This document shows, in pieces, positions 10,539 through 20,520 of a DNA stretch of 64,000 nt. Position numbers and translations under genes: made by a program. The first letter of the stretch is position 1, and every line of letters begins with the position of its first letter. The notes under the pieces are model-generated. The model was not told the origin of the DNA, searched no databases, and worked only from the letters and a program-made list of their open reading frames with translations. Source of the stretch: Treponemataceae bacterium (lineage in GTDB: Bacteria > Spirochaetota > Spirochaetia > Treponematales > Rectinemataceae); the NCBI GenBank assembly GCA_963667725.2, contig CAXXHO010000005.1, positions 224,001-288,000 of the forward strand. Reading direction: 5' to 3'.

Positions 10539-11827
10539 TGGCAACCGTATCGGTATTCCTCGTCCTTCTCATCTTCATCCTGATCGACCTGCCCATCGTG
10601 GTAGCCATCGGCCTTACGGCGGTGGCTTTCTTCGTTGGTCAGGGGCAGGGTCAGTTCCTCGCCCTCCTGCCCCAGAGGATGCACGCGGGCACAACGGGAT
10701 TCACCCTTCTCGCCGTGCCCTTCTTCATCCTGGCGGGAAATCTCATGAACACAGGGGGCGTCACAAACCGGATTTTTAGGTTCGCGAAGGCCTTTGTCGG
10801 CCATATCCCCGGCGGCCTCGGCCACGTATCCGTGGTCGCCGAAATGCTCTTTTCGGGCATATCGGGCTCGGCCGTGGCCGACGCGGCCGGGCTGGGGCAG
10901 GTTTCGTACAAGGCCATGACGGACAATGGGTACTCGAAGCCCGTGGCGGCCGCCATCGTGGCTTCCTCATCCACCCTCGGCCCCATCATCCCGCCCTCCA
11001 TTTCATTCGTGCTCTACGGCGCCCTCACCTCGGTGTCGGTACCCCGCCTCTTCCTGGCCGGCTTTCTTCCCGGAGCCCTGATGGGCGGGGCAATAATGCT
11101 CGCCATCGGCCTTATGGCGAAGCCCCGCGGCTTCCCCCGCTACCCCAAGGCCAGTCTCAAGGAAATCTGGACTGCCATTAAGGAGTCTTTCCTCTCGCTT
11201 CTGTCCATCGTCATCATACTCGGCGGCATTTTTTCCGGCATTTTCACCCCAACCGAAGCGGCCGTCATCGCCTGCCTCTACGCCCTCTTTCTCGGCTTCC
11301 TCTACAAGGAACTGAAGCTGAAGGACCTGCCGGAGATGTTCTGGGTATCTATCAAGCAGTCCGTGGCCCTCCTCTTCATCATGGCGGCAGCCAACTTCTT
11401 CGGCTGGTTCCTCATCTACCAGCGCATTCCCGACAACATCATCGCGACCCTCACCGGGATGAGCGTCACCGGACCGGGCGTCATGGCTATGTTCATCGTC
11501 GTCATCATCGCCCTGGGGCTGTTTATGGAGGGAAACGCCATATTCCTGATAACGATTCCCATATTCATTCCCATAGCCACGCAGTACGGCTTCGACCTCG
11601 TGAATTTTGGCGTGGTGATGACCCTCCTCATCATGATCGGGAACCTCACCCCGCCCGTGGGCATGTGCCTGTACGCGGTGTCCAGTTTCACCAAGATAGG
11701 AATCGGGGAACTGTCCAAGGAGTGCCTGCCCTATCTCGTGGGCATCTTCATTGTCACCGTCATCATCGCCTATGTGCCCGCGATCTCCACCTGCCTGCCT
11801 GACCTCATCATGGGGGTGGCAAAATGA
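10538..11827 (+). CDS. dctM: TRAP transporter large permease (DctM)
   Basis: LLAVPFFILAGNLM, SGISGSAVADAA, IIPPSI, TPTEAA, TPPVGM. Confidence 0.93.
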   Translation: MATVSVFLVLLIFILIDLPIVVAIGLTAVAFFVGQGQGQFLALLPQRMHAGTTGFTLLAVPFFILAGNLMNTGGVTNRIFRFAKAFVGHIPGGLGHVSVVAEMLFSGISGSAVADAAGLGQVSYKAMTDNGYSKPVAAAIVASSSTLGPIIPPSISFVLYGALTSVSVPRLFLAGFLPGALMGGAIMLAIGLMAKPRGFPRYPKASLKEIWTAIKESFLSLLSIVIILGGIFSGIFTPTEAAVIACLYALFLGFLYKELKLKDLPEMFWVSIKQSVALLFIMAAANFFGWFLIYQRIPDNIIATLTGMSVTGPGVMAMFIVVIIALGLFMEGNAIFLITIPIFIPIATQYGFDLVNFGVVMTLLIMIGNLTPPVGMCLYAVSSFTKIGIGELSKECLPYLVGIFIVTVIIAYVPAISTCLPDLIMGVAK

Positions 11828-12333
11828 AGGCAAAGGCGATACTGGAAAGGATCGACAGGATATTTCTCTTCATTTTTAAGTGGATTTCGGTGACGCTCTT
11901 CGTCGTCCTCACCCTCATCATTACGGCCAACGTCTTCGTCCGCTACGTACCCATCATCTCTTTGCACTGGCTGGACGAGATCGTGGAGCTGTCCTTCGCG
12001 TGGATGGTTTTCTTCGGATCGGCCGCGGTCTGGATACTGAAAGGACATTTCAGCGCGGGCGACTGGATCGGCAAGCTGATCAAGAACCCGAGGGCTCGCG
12101 CGGCCTACAGGCTTGTTGTCGACCTCATCGCCTTCGCCTTCATCGCCATATTTTTCTGGTATTCTCTGCAGTTGTTCAACCGCGCCATTGAAGTGACCGC
12201 CGTTTTCGAGTTCCCCAAGAAGATCATCTATGCCTGCATGCCCATCTCGTCGGCAGTCATGGGCTTGTACTCCCTCAGGTTCATCACCGAGGAGTTTGTG
12301 GAGATATTCGCGCCGAAAAAGGATAAGACCTGA
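11824..12333 (+). CDS. dctQ: TRAP transporter small permease (DctQ)
   Basis: Four TM helices, NVFVRY..W.DE motif; ATGA overlap with dctM. Confidence 0.88.
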   Translation: MKAKAILERIDRIFLFIFKWISVTLFVVLTLIITANVFVRYVPIISLHWLDEIVELSFAWMVFFGSAAVWILKGHFSAGDWIGKLIKNPRARAAYRLVVDLIAFAFIAIFFWYSLQLFNRAIEVTAVFEFPKKIIYACMPISSAVMGLYSLRFITEEFVEIFAPKKDKT

Positions 12334-12619
12334 GGTTGGAGAACATTGCCCCTGTCAACTTTTCTGCTGGAAGTGTAGCACATCTTTCATCAGGTTTTCA
12401 TCGAGATTGTTGGTATCCATAGCAGCTCTGTAAAATCCATACTACGCCCATTCGCAAAAACCGCCACAGTTACCTGCAGAAACAACCCCGGTTTCTGGAA
12501 CGAATGCCGAGGCCCTACGCATCCCAAAGTCGATACCGAGCGCCGATATGGACAGGATACTAGGAATTTAAGGATCTACGGGACTAAATTATAGTCGCGC
12601 ATCGCGAACTTCCCTGGAC

Positions 12620-14325
12620 CCTAATTTCCCGGAAAATTGTAGCTAGGGATTGAATAAATCTATTAGATATATGCGAATAAGCATTGACAGAATAAGCAAA
12701 CATAGCTACAATTACAGCTATGAATGCAGGATCAGCTTAATGCCCTATCGTATACATCATCTCAATAAGAAAACCGGCGTGACGTATGTCTATGAATCGG
12801 TATCTCGTTGGGACAAAGAAAAACAACAGGCACGCAGTACGCAAGTCTGTATTGGCAAAATTGATCCAACAACCGGAGCATTTATTCCATCAAAGCGCAT
12901 AACGCAGAGTGCTATACAAGATAACGAATCTATCGGTACGGCGACAGCAACTATCGTTGGACCTTCGTTAATTCTCGATGAAATATCCAAGCGGCTGGGA
13001 GTCGCGAGGCTTTTAAAAGCGGCATTCCCTGAATGCTCTGCACAAATTCTTACTATGGTTTATTACCTTGCCTGCCAGGGAGGGCCCTTAAGCCAATGCG
13101 AATCGTGGACCAAAACCCATGAACATCCAGCAACAAAGCCACTTACAAGCCAGAGGATAAGCGAGATTCTTGGATCCATATCGACAGGAGCAAAGCAATC
13201 GTTTTTGTCATCCTGGATGGATAAAATTCTTGAGGATGAATATCTCTGCTACGATATCACGAGCATTTCATCCTACAGTGCGTTCAATGACTACATCCGC
13301 TGGGGACACAACAGAGATAAGGAGAAGCTTCCCCAGCTTAATTTGGCCATGCTCTTCGGTCAGAAGAGCAAACTACCAGTATACTATCACAGGATTCCTG
13401 GCAATATCACTGATGTGCAAACGGTACACAATCTTCTAGCGACCTTTAAGAAACTAGCTATCAAGAATCTGCACTATGTGCTTGATAAAGGGTTCTACAG
13501 CAAGAAGAACGTTGATGAACTTTTAGAGCGAAAAGACCATTTCACTCTTTCGGTTCCTTTGAATAATCTATGGATTCAGAAAGCCATAGACGAGATCTAC
13601 GATACGATTCAGGGGCCTGAACACTACAGGATGATCGACGATGAGGTACTGTATGTTCACTCAATGCTCCATCCCTGGGGAGAAGATCGGCGACGTTGTT
13701 ATCTGCACCTTTACTACAACGCCCAGATGAGAGCTCATGCAATCGATCGGTTTAATAGAGAACTCATAACCTACAAGGAAGAGCTGGAGTCAGGAAAACC
13801 AAAGGCCGAGAACAAAGAACAGTACGAGACCTTTTTTATCATCACGACGACGCCGGTGCGGGGGATGAAGGTTTCGTACAACAACGACGCGGTAAGTCAG
13901 TATATCAAACGTTATGCGGGGTTTCAGGCGATTTTCACGACGCGCTTTAAAGATCCCGATGAGGCACTCCAAGTATATCGTGACAAAGATATCGTGGAGA
14001 AATGTTTCGACGATCTGAAGAATAGCCTGGACATGAAACGCCTTCGTATGCACACGATAGAAACTGTCGACGGCAGGCTCTTTATACAATTCATAGCGCT
14101 CATTTTTACAAGTGCTTTACGAAGAGAAATGCGACAGTCAAAACTCATTGAAAAATATACAGTTCAGGAATTGTTGCTTGAAATGGATCCGCTTACTAAG
14201 ATTCGTTATGCAGGAAAATATGGTCAGATACTTACCGAGATAACAAAGCCACAGCGAGAAATCTTGGAGCTCTTAAACATTGAATTGCCGGTCGTCGCCT
14301 AGCTACAATTTGACGGGAATTCAGG
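12620..14325 (+). mobile_element. IS1634-family insertion sequence, apparently intact (1706 bp)
   Basis: 26-bp imperfect TIRs (CCTAATTTCCCGGAAAATTGTAGCTA / TAGCTACAATTTGACGGGAATTCAGG, 22/26 match) flanked by the 6-bp direct repeat CTGGAC (12614-12619 and 14326-14331). Confidence 0.92.
12740..14302 (+). CDS. IS1634-family DDE transposase
   Basis: YDITSISSYS, GHNRDKEKLPQLN, VLDKGFYS, YRDKDIVEKCFDDLK; stop lies inside the right TIR. Confidence 0.9.
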   Translation: MPYRIHHLNKKTGVTYVYESVSRWDKEKQQARSTQVCIGKIDPTTGAFIPSKRITQSAIQDNESIGTATATIVGPSLILDEISKRLGVARLLKAAFPECSAQILTMVYYLACQGGPLSQCESWTKTHEHPATKPLTSQRISEILGSISTGAKQSFLSSWMDKILEDEYLCYDITSISSYSAFNDYIRWGHNRDKEKLPQLNLAMLFGQKSKLPVYYHRIPGNITDVQTVHNLLATFKKLAIKNLHYVLDKGFYSKKNVDELLERKDHFTLSVPLNNLWIQKAIDEIYDTIQGPEHYRMIDDEVLYVHSMLHPWGEDRRRCYLHLYYNAQMRAHAIDRFNRELITYKEELESGKPKAENKEQYETFFIITTTPVRGMKVSYNNDAVSQYIKRYAGFQAIFTTRFKDPDEALQVYRDKDIVEKCFDDLKNSLDMKRLRMHTIETVDGRLFIQFIALIFTSALRREMRQSKLIEKYTVQELLLEMDPLTKIRYAGKYGQILTEITKPQREILELLNIELPVVA

Positions 14326-14372
14326 CTGGACACTATCAGATATTTTTCTTGAGTTTCTTAGAAGAAAAAAAC

Positions 14373-14402
14373 TTGACAATACTAAAATGTGGTGGATATA
14401 AT
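14373..14402 (+). promoter_or_regulatory. Consensus sigma70 promoter of the catabolic operon
   Basis: TTGACA (14373-14378), 18-bp spacer, TATAAT (14397-14402). Confidence 0.8.
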
Positions 14403-14406
14403 TCAA

Positions 14407-14435
14407 GTGAACATAAGTTCTGAACATTTGTTCAC
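14407..14435. promoter_or_regulatory. Tandem operator, probably for the SorC/LsrR-type repressor
   Basis: Two adjacent 13-mers, TGAACATAAGTTC and TGAACATTTGTTC, each quasi-palindromic, with outer GTGAACA...TGTTCAC symmetry, overlapping the predicted TSS. Confidence 0.65.
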
Positions 14436-14446
14436 TAGGAAGTTAG

Positions 14447-15181
14447 ATGGACGGATTACAATTTCGAATTAACCGCCTTTTTAGAAATGGTTCATTATTG
14501 CTCCTCGCTTTCGATCATGGACAGTTTATTGGAGTGCCGGATGGATTAAGAACAATAGATCCAATTCTTGAAAAGCTTTTAAATAAAGCGTTCGACGGGT
14601 ATATCTTTAACCCTGGCGCTGTACGTAATTTAAAGAATATTGAATCTGATAAAAGCATAATTCTTAGAATAACGCATGCAGGCACTCATCTTTCCAATAC
14701 TCCGGTTATGAATAAGTATTTTCTTCAGCCTGAGGATGCGCTTCGGCTTGGTGCTGATGCGGTGATCTCCATGGTGCTATTGGGACATGATAAGGACATG
14801 GAATCGATCAATGAATTGGCGAAGGCTGTGAACGATTACCATCGGTTTGGAATTCCCCTTATAGCAGAAATATTACCGGCTGCGCCTAAGGATTTTTCAT
14901 CTTCAAAAGTCGTCGCTGACATCTGCCGGATAGGTGCTGAAATCGGAGCTGACGTAATAAAAACTGTGCTGACCGATGATTTCGAATCGGTTGTTTCCGG
15001 CTGCCCTGTACCCATCATTGTCGCAGGGGGGAAAAAAGAAAACGACTTTATTTCCAATGCAGCTAATGCAATGAGGAGCGGAGCGAAAGGTCTCGCTATC
15101 GGAAGGAATCTCTATCAGAGAGAAGACCCGGCTTCCTTTATATCTGACATCGCCAAAGCCATGGGAAGGTGCAAACGCTGA
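14447..15181 (+). CDS. Class I aldolase, DhnA/FbaB-like family
   Basis: AFDHG, GADAV, Schiff-base Lys in GADVIKT, VAGG, GLAIGRNLYQ. Confidence 0.85.
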   Translation: MDGLQFRINRLFRNGSLLLLAFDHGQFIGVPDGLRTIDPILEKLLNKAFDGYIFNPGAVRNLKNIESDKSIILRITHAGTHLSNTPVMNKYFLQPEDALRLGADAVISMVLLGHDKDMESINELAKAVNDYHRFGIPLIAEILPAAPKDFSSSKVVADICRIGAEIGADVIKTVLTDDFESVVSGCPVPIIVAGGKKENDFISNAANAMRSGAKGLAIGRNLYQREDPASFISDIAKAMGRCKR

Positions 15182-16125
15182 TGAAAAAGGATGAAGTTGT
15201 TCTGTCGTATAGATGTGCCGATTTGTATTATCGGCAGGATATTTCACAATTGGAAATTGCGCATACTTTAGGCATTTCCCGGCCCAAAGTATCAAGGCTC
15301 CTAGCTTTGGCGCGTGAACTAGGCATAGTTACAATTTCATTAAAACCCCCGGAATTATTCAATCAAACAGATCTAGAAAAGCGTTTGGCGGAAAAGTATG
15401 GCTTAAACAATGTTTTGATCGGCATCTCGAAAGATACTAGTGATTCGAGCATACTAAAAGCGATTGGATCAAGACTGGTTGGAGAATTTCCAATTTTTTT
15501 GAAAAAAGATATAAAAATTGGAATTGGGCTAGGTTCCACAATATATGAAACAGCCAGGACGATTCATTCTGATGGGCATATACCTTCCGGGATATCCATC
15601 TACCCCCTCATGGGACTGGCTGGAAGAGCCGATCCGGCTTATCAGATAAACAATATAATAGATCTCTTTGCTGAATCTTTAAGCGCGCAGAGGAATTATT
15701 TTTTCGGGCCCGCAATTTTTGAGGACGCCGCACAAAAAGAAAACTTTTGCAAATCAAAGCAAGTAAAGGAAATCATAGATATATGGGAGGAGCTCGACCT
15801 CGCAGTTTTCGGTATTGGCGGACCAATTGAACGGTCTCCGCTCTTGTACTCCTCGTTTCCTGAAAAGATTCTCGTACAAATGGTTCAAAATCACGCAGTT
15901 GGCGACGTACTTGCACATTTTTTTAATATAGAAGGGAATTTAGCTTGTCCGGAAGCGGAAGCTACCCTTTTGAGCATTTCTTTTTCATCACTAAAAAAAA
16001 TCCCGGAACGCATCTGTCTTGCAGGTGGTCTGTGGAAATTGAACAGCATTAAGACTGCTCTGAAATCAAAACTAGCTACGATTTTAGTTACGGATCTCAT
16101 AACAGCTCAAAGTCTTATTGAGTAA
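15181..16125 (+). CDS. Sugar-binding transcriptional regulator, SorC/LsrR/DeoR family
   Basis: LYYRQDISQLEIAHTLGISRPKVSRLL HTH; AVGDVLAHFFNIEG and LVTD sugar-phosphate domain. TGATG overlap with the upstream gene. Confidence 0.9.
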   Translation: MKKDEVVLSYRCADLYYRQDISQLEIAHTLGISRPKVSRLLALARELGIVTISLKPPELFNQTDLEKRLAEKYGLNNVLIGISKDTSDSSILKAIGSRLVGEFPIFLKKDIKIGIGLGSTIYETARTIHSDGHIPSGISIYPLMGLAGRADPAYQINNIIDLFAESLSAQRNYFFGPAIFEDAAQKENFCKSKQVKEIIDIWEELDLAVFGIGGPIERSPLLYSSFPEKILVQMVQNHAVGDVLAHFFNIEGNLACPEAEATLLSISFSSLKKIPERICLAGGLWKLNSIKTALKSKLATILVTDLITAQSLIE

Positions 16126-16145
16126 CAGAAAGTCAGGGAGGAACA

Positions 16146-17138
16146 ATGAAAGCGGTAGTATATGAGGCACCTAAGTCTATTTCGTTCCAGGATGTTCCGG
16201 ATCCAATTGTAAACGCAGACACGATTTTAATAAAAGTATCTTACTCCTTCATCTGTGCTACTGATATTAAAACGTATAAGCAGGGACACCCTCATATAGT
16301 CCCACCAACAATTCTTGGACATGAATTTTCCGGGATCGTTGAGAGTGTAGGAAAAAATGTCGATTCCTATTCGGTGGGCGATTGTGTAACAGGCAGCCCT
16401 TTCATCAATTGCGGTGTATGCGATTCATGCTTTCGAGGAAGGCCTGAAGTATGTTCTGCCAGAAAATTCCCGTCAAACGGCGCTTTTGCTGAAAGAATAG
16501 CCATGTCGAGTGAGTATGCAAAACTTGGACTAGTCAAAGTGCCACCTGCCTTGTTACAGCAATCTGCCTTATCGGAGCCTTTGGCCTGTGTACTGAACTC
16601 TGCGCGATCATTCAACCCTCAGCCTGGTGATTCCATTCTCGTGGTCGGCGCGGGATTTATGGGTGTGCTGAATGCTTTAGTATTAAAGACCATTTTCGGT
16701 GCTCACTCGTATATCACCGATACGAATGCAGAGAGACTGAAGCTTCCTTCAAAGCTTGGGATAGAAATCATTGAGGACATAGAAAAGAGGCCTGAAGCCT
16801 TTAATACTATTGTCCTTACTCCCCCCATACCTGAATTGATTGTTCAATATCAGAAATATGTAGTTCCGTTCGGCAATCTAGTTTTATTCGGAGGGTATGC
16901 TAAAGGAACAAAGGCACTTTTCGATCCGAATATTGTGCATTATACGGGATCAAAGATTGTCGGAACATCAGGGTTTTCCCCGTCAAATTTTAAAACAGCA
17001 GCAAAGCTGATTACGACTGGCGCGATCAATCTGGACGTGTTTATGGATAATATGTATGAGTTTTCCTCTTCGGAATTCCAAAAAGCTTTTGTAGACGCGA
17101 TGGACGGTCGCGCCCTTAAAGCAGGATTTATCCTATGA
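16146..17138 (+). CDS. Zn-dependent alcohol/polyol dehydrogenase (MDR family)
   Basis: ICATD, LGHEFSG, CGVCDSC..C structural Zn site, GAGFMG Rossmann motif. Confidence 0.9.
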   Translation: MKAVVYEAPKSISFQDVPDPIVNADTILIKVSYSFICATDIKTYKQGHPHIVPPTILGHEFSGIVESVGKNVDSYSVGDCVTGSPFINCGVCDSCFRGRPEVCSARKFPSNGAFAERIAMSSEYAKLGLVKVPPALLQQSALSEPLACVLNSARSFNPQPGDSILVVGAGFMGVLNALVLKTIFGAHSYITDTNAERLKLPSKLGIEIIEDIEKRPEAFNTIVLTPPIPELIVQYQKYVVPFGNLVLFGGYAKGTKALFDPNIVHYTGSKIVGTSGFSPSNFKTAAKLITTGAINLDVFMDNMYEFSSSEFQKAFVDAMDGRALKAGFIL

Positions 17139-17228
17139 CAGCCGCTATGGCATCTATGAATTTAACGGCCGTTTGCTGTTGTCAATATCCGGGCAATTTG
17201 CAAACAGTAATAACAAGGAGGAAATGAG

Positions 17229-18017
17229 ATGTCGTATGGAAAAAAAATAAGAATGTCCAGAATCTTCAGAGGCGAAAAGGCTAGAACGGTGATGCTTGCT
17301 CTTGATCATGGAATGGCATTAGGACCTATGCGAGGCATTGAACGCCCACGGGAACTTCTTAATTCTGTTGGTGCTTACGTAGATTCCATAATGTTAAATA
17401 AGGGAATACTGACCAATTGTGGAGATCCCTCTCTTGGCGCAGGAGTAGTCTTGCGTATCAGCGGGGCCTCGACTATCGCAGGACCTGACCTTACAGCGGA
17501 ACGCATTACTACCACCTTGGAAGCGGCGATCCGGCTTGGCGCAGATGCTGTGGCTGCTTCGATATTTGTCGGAACCGCCAACGAGCATGCATCTATAGAA
17601 GCCCTTTCATTGCTGGCAGATGAGTGTGACCGATTCGGCATGCCTCTTCTTGCGGTCACTGCTTTGGGAAAAGACAGAGAAAAGGGATTTGATCCGCGCT
17701 ATTTAGCCTTGGCAGTGCGAGTTGCGGCTGAAATGGGCGCTGATATGATCAAGACATATTTCTGCGAGGATGGATTTGACAAGGTAATTGAAGCTGCGGC
17801 GGGAATACCGGTTGTGATAGCCGGCGGCCCGAAGATGGATAACAACATCAGTGTTCTTGAAACGGCAGAGAAGGCGGTGAAGGCCGGCTGCCGGGGTGTC
17901 GATATGGGGCGAAATGTTTGGCAAAACGAGGATCCCATCGCTATGCTTAAAGCGCTCCGGGCAATAATACATGAGAATTCCTCCGCGCAGGAAGCATTGC
18001 TGCAGTATTGGAATTGA
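17229..18017 (+). CDS. lsrF: LsrF-like 3-hydroxy-5-phosphonooxypentane-2,4-dione thiolase
   Basis: Close motif match to LsrF: RTVMLALDHG, VVLRISGA, AVTALGKD..RY..LA.R.AAEMGA.MIKTY, GVDMGRN. Confidence 0.8.
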   Translation: MSYGKKIRMSRIFRGEKARTVMLALDHGMALGPMRGIERPRELLNSVGAYVDSIMLNKGILTNCGDPSLGAGVVLRISGASTIAGPDLTAERITTTLEAAIRLGADAVAASIFVGTANEHASIEALSLLADECDRFGMPLLAVTALGKDREKGFDPRYLALAVRVAAEMGADMIKTYFCEDGFDKVIEAAAGIPVVIAGGPKMDNNISVLETAEKAVKAGCRGVDMGRNVWQNEDPIAMLKALRAIIHENSSAQEALLQYWN

Positions 18018-18022
18018 GCACG

Positions 18023-19540
18023 ATGACAGAAGAAATTGTCCGTATAGAGGCTTTGTCTAAAGAATTCCCGGGGGTGACTGCGCTTAGCAATGTAAATCTT
18101 CGGCTCAATAGAGGCGAGATACATGGCCTTGTTGGAGAAAACGGCGCGGGGAAGTCAACACTCATAAATATTTTAGCAGGAGCATTCCGGCCAAGCTCAG
18201 GGTCTCTTATTGTTGACGGAAAAGCAGTCAATGAGTTTCAGCCCTCTATCGCACAATCTCTAGGTATATCCGTGGTGTATCAGGAAACGGTACTAGTCCC
18301 GGATTTTACCGCTGAAGAGAATATCTGGCTGGGTAGAGAGGATACCAAGAATTTTGTCATCGATAAAGCGAAGCAAAAAAAGAAAACCATCGAATTATGC
18401 AAGGAATACGGCATTGAAATTCCCTTGTCTGTTCCAATGTCCTCGTGCCGTGTCGCCGAGAAGAAGCTAGTGGAAATTCTCCGTGCTTTGAGTATGAACG
18501 TAAAAGTATTTATTCTTGACGAACCTACAGAAGCATTGTCAAAACAGGATGTCGATAATTTGTTTAAAATTTTAACATCCCTGAAAGCTAAGGGGTTTTC
18601 AATACTTTTTGTATCACATCATCTGGAAGAAGTATTTCGTATTTGTGATAAGATTACTGTATTAAGGAATGGGGAGGAAGTCGGGAACTTTTCCCCAAAT
18701 GATTTATCCGTTCAGTCTCTCATTCATTTGATTACTAACCGCGATATAAGCGATCAATATCCAGTACCGCATAAAAGAAGTAGCACAGATCCGGTTCTTG
18801 AAACGAAAAATCTCTCTAACCCTAATCTAGGCCTCTCGAATATTTCTATCCATGTTAATAAAGGAGAGATTGTTGCCTTCTTCGGGATGGTCGGATCTCA
18901 CCGTACTGAACTCATGAAGTGTTTGTTTGGCGCCGAAAAGATTAAATCGGGAGATATTATTTTCAGGGGAGAAAAAATTGAATTAAAGCATCCTAGTGAT
19001 GCAATTAGAAAAGGAATATTCCTCTGTCCAGAGGATAGAAAACTGGAAGGCTTTATTCCTGATATGTCTGTGCTCGATAATTGTACATTGCCGTTTTTAA
19101 AGCGTTTTACCAGAATTGGCGTAATCAGCAAAGCCAGACAAAAAGAGGTTGTGAAAACAATCATTGCAGACCTCTCGATTAAAACGCCTTCAGCCGAGCA
19201 AAAAATAATTTTCTTGAGCGGTGGCAATCAGCAAAAAATCGTGATCGGCAAATGGCTTATCGGACAGCAGGGGGAGCTTTTTATTTTTGATGAGCCGACA
19301 AAGGGTGTCGACGTCGGAACAAAAATGGACATTTACAAAGCAATGCAAGAGCTGGCAGAAAACGGCGCTGGCGTAATATTTGTCTCCTCAGATCTTAGAG
19401 AATTGCTTGGCGTATCTGATCGTCTTTATGTGATGAGGAAAGGTGAAATTGTAAAAGAGTATATAAGGGAAGAATTTGACCAGCACACTATTCTTTTACA
19501 GGCTTTAACCGAAAAGAAAATTTTGGGAGCAGTATCGTGA
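18023..19540 (+). CDS. Sugar ABC transporter ATP-binding protein (CUT2, two ATPase domains)
   Basis: GENGAGKST, ILDEPT, LSGGNQQK, FDEPTKGVDVG. Confidence 0.95.
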   Translation: MTEEIVRIEALSKEFPGVTALSNVNLRLNRGEIHGLVGENGAGKSTLINILAGAFRPSSGSLIVDGKAVNEFQPSIAQSLGISVVYQETVLVPDFTAEENIWLGREDTKNFVIDKAKQKKKTIELCKEYGIEIPLSVPMSSCRVAEKKLVEILRALSMNVKVFILDEPTEALSKQDVDNLFKILTSLKAKGFSILFVSHHLEEVFRICDKITVLRNGEEVGNFSPNDLSVQSLIHLITNRDISDQYPVPHKRSSTDPVLETKNLSNPNLGLSNISIHVNKGEIVAFFGMVGSHRTELMKCLFGAEKIKSGDIIFRGEKIELKHPSDAIRKGIFLCPEDRKLEGFIPDMSVLDNCTLPFLKRFTRIGVISKARQKEVVKTIIADLSIKTPSAEQKIIFLSGGNQQKIVIGKWLIGQQGELFIFDEPTKGVDVGTKMDIYKAMQELAENGAGVIFVSSDLRELLGVSDRLYVMRKGEIVKEYIREEFDQHTILLQALTEKKILGAVS

Positions 19541-20487
19541 AAGAAAAAACAAAAACCTTTGTCCAAAAATATGGAACGATCGTGACGCTAATGCTGCTGA
19601 TTATTATTTTTTCATTAACGACAGAAACATTTCTTGAACCCAGAAACCTACTGAATATTATCGCGCATATATCAATGTTGATGATAATCGCTACAGGACT
19701 TACAGTATGTATGGTGCCGGGCGATTTTGATATGTCCATCGGTTCCGTGGCAAGCCTTTCCGGAATATTTTTTTCAAGCCTGGTTATAAAAAATATTCCG
19801 CTGGTTCCCTCGATACTCATTGTTTTGTTAATGGGAGCTATATTCGGCCTTACGGCAGGCCTTCTGGTAACAAAAGTCAGGATCTCTGCATTTATTGCGA
19901 CATTAGCTTTAGGCCAAGTAGCTACCGGAATAAATTTCATGTACACGAGAGGGCAGGAAGTATTCGGTGATTTCAGCAAAGGATTTTTATCTCTAGGGCA
20001 GGGGAAGACTTTTACTATTATTCCTAATCAGGTTTTAATAATGATTGGGATTGTACTAATTTTTGCTTTTACAATGGAAAAAACAAAAGTTGGCAGATAT
20101 ATGTATGCAATAGGCGGCAGTAGCCATGCGTCATATCTTTCGGGAATAAAAGTAAACCTGTATCGCATCTGCGGCCTGATGATATCCGGAGGATTGGCTG
20201 CCTTCACTGGTTGTATTTTAGCTTCACGGCTTGGATCGGGCCAGCCTACAGCAGGTGATTCGTATCTTATGGATGCAATTGCCGCTACTTATATCGGCAT
20301 GACTACAATTAAGGCTTCTCGTCCAAATATCATAGGAACACTCATTGGAGTTTTATTTATAGGCGTGATTGAGAATGGACTAGTACTCATCGGTGTCTCC
20401 TATTTCTTTCAATATATTGCCAAGGGAGTGATTATTATTCTCGCGGTTGCTTTGTCCTCGAGGGGGTCAATGGTTGTCGAAAAATGA
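19537..20487 (+). CDS. Sugar ABC transporter permease (RbsC-like)
   Basis: FDMSIGS, GRYMYAIGG...SYLSGI, ASRLGSGQPTAG. Confidence 0.93.
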   Translation: MKEKTKTFVQKYGTIVTLMLLIIIFSLTTETFLEPRNLLNIIAHISMLMIIATGLTVCMVPGDFDMSIGSVASLSGIFFSSLVIKNIPLVPSILIVLLMGAIFGLTAGLLVTKVRISAFIATLALGQVATGINFMYTRGQEVFGDFSKGFLSLGQGKTFTIIPNQVLIMIGIVLIFAFTMEKTKVGRYMYAIGGSSHASYLSGIKVNLYRICGLMISGGLAAFTGCILASRLGSGQPTAGDSYLMDAIAATYIGMTTIKASRPNIIGTLIGVLFIGVIENGLVLIGVSYFFQYIAKGVIIILAVALSSRGSMVVEK

Positions 20488-20520
20488 CGACCTGGATTCA
20501 TATTTTTCAAGGAGGCTCTT

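Noticed and set aside
12334..12613. Possible gene remnant or att site at the left island border
   Set aside because: No recognisable protein motif, tRNA or direct repeat matching the right border was found by eye.
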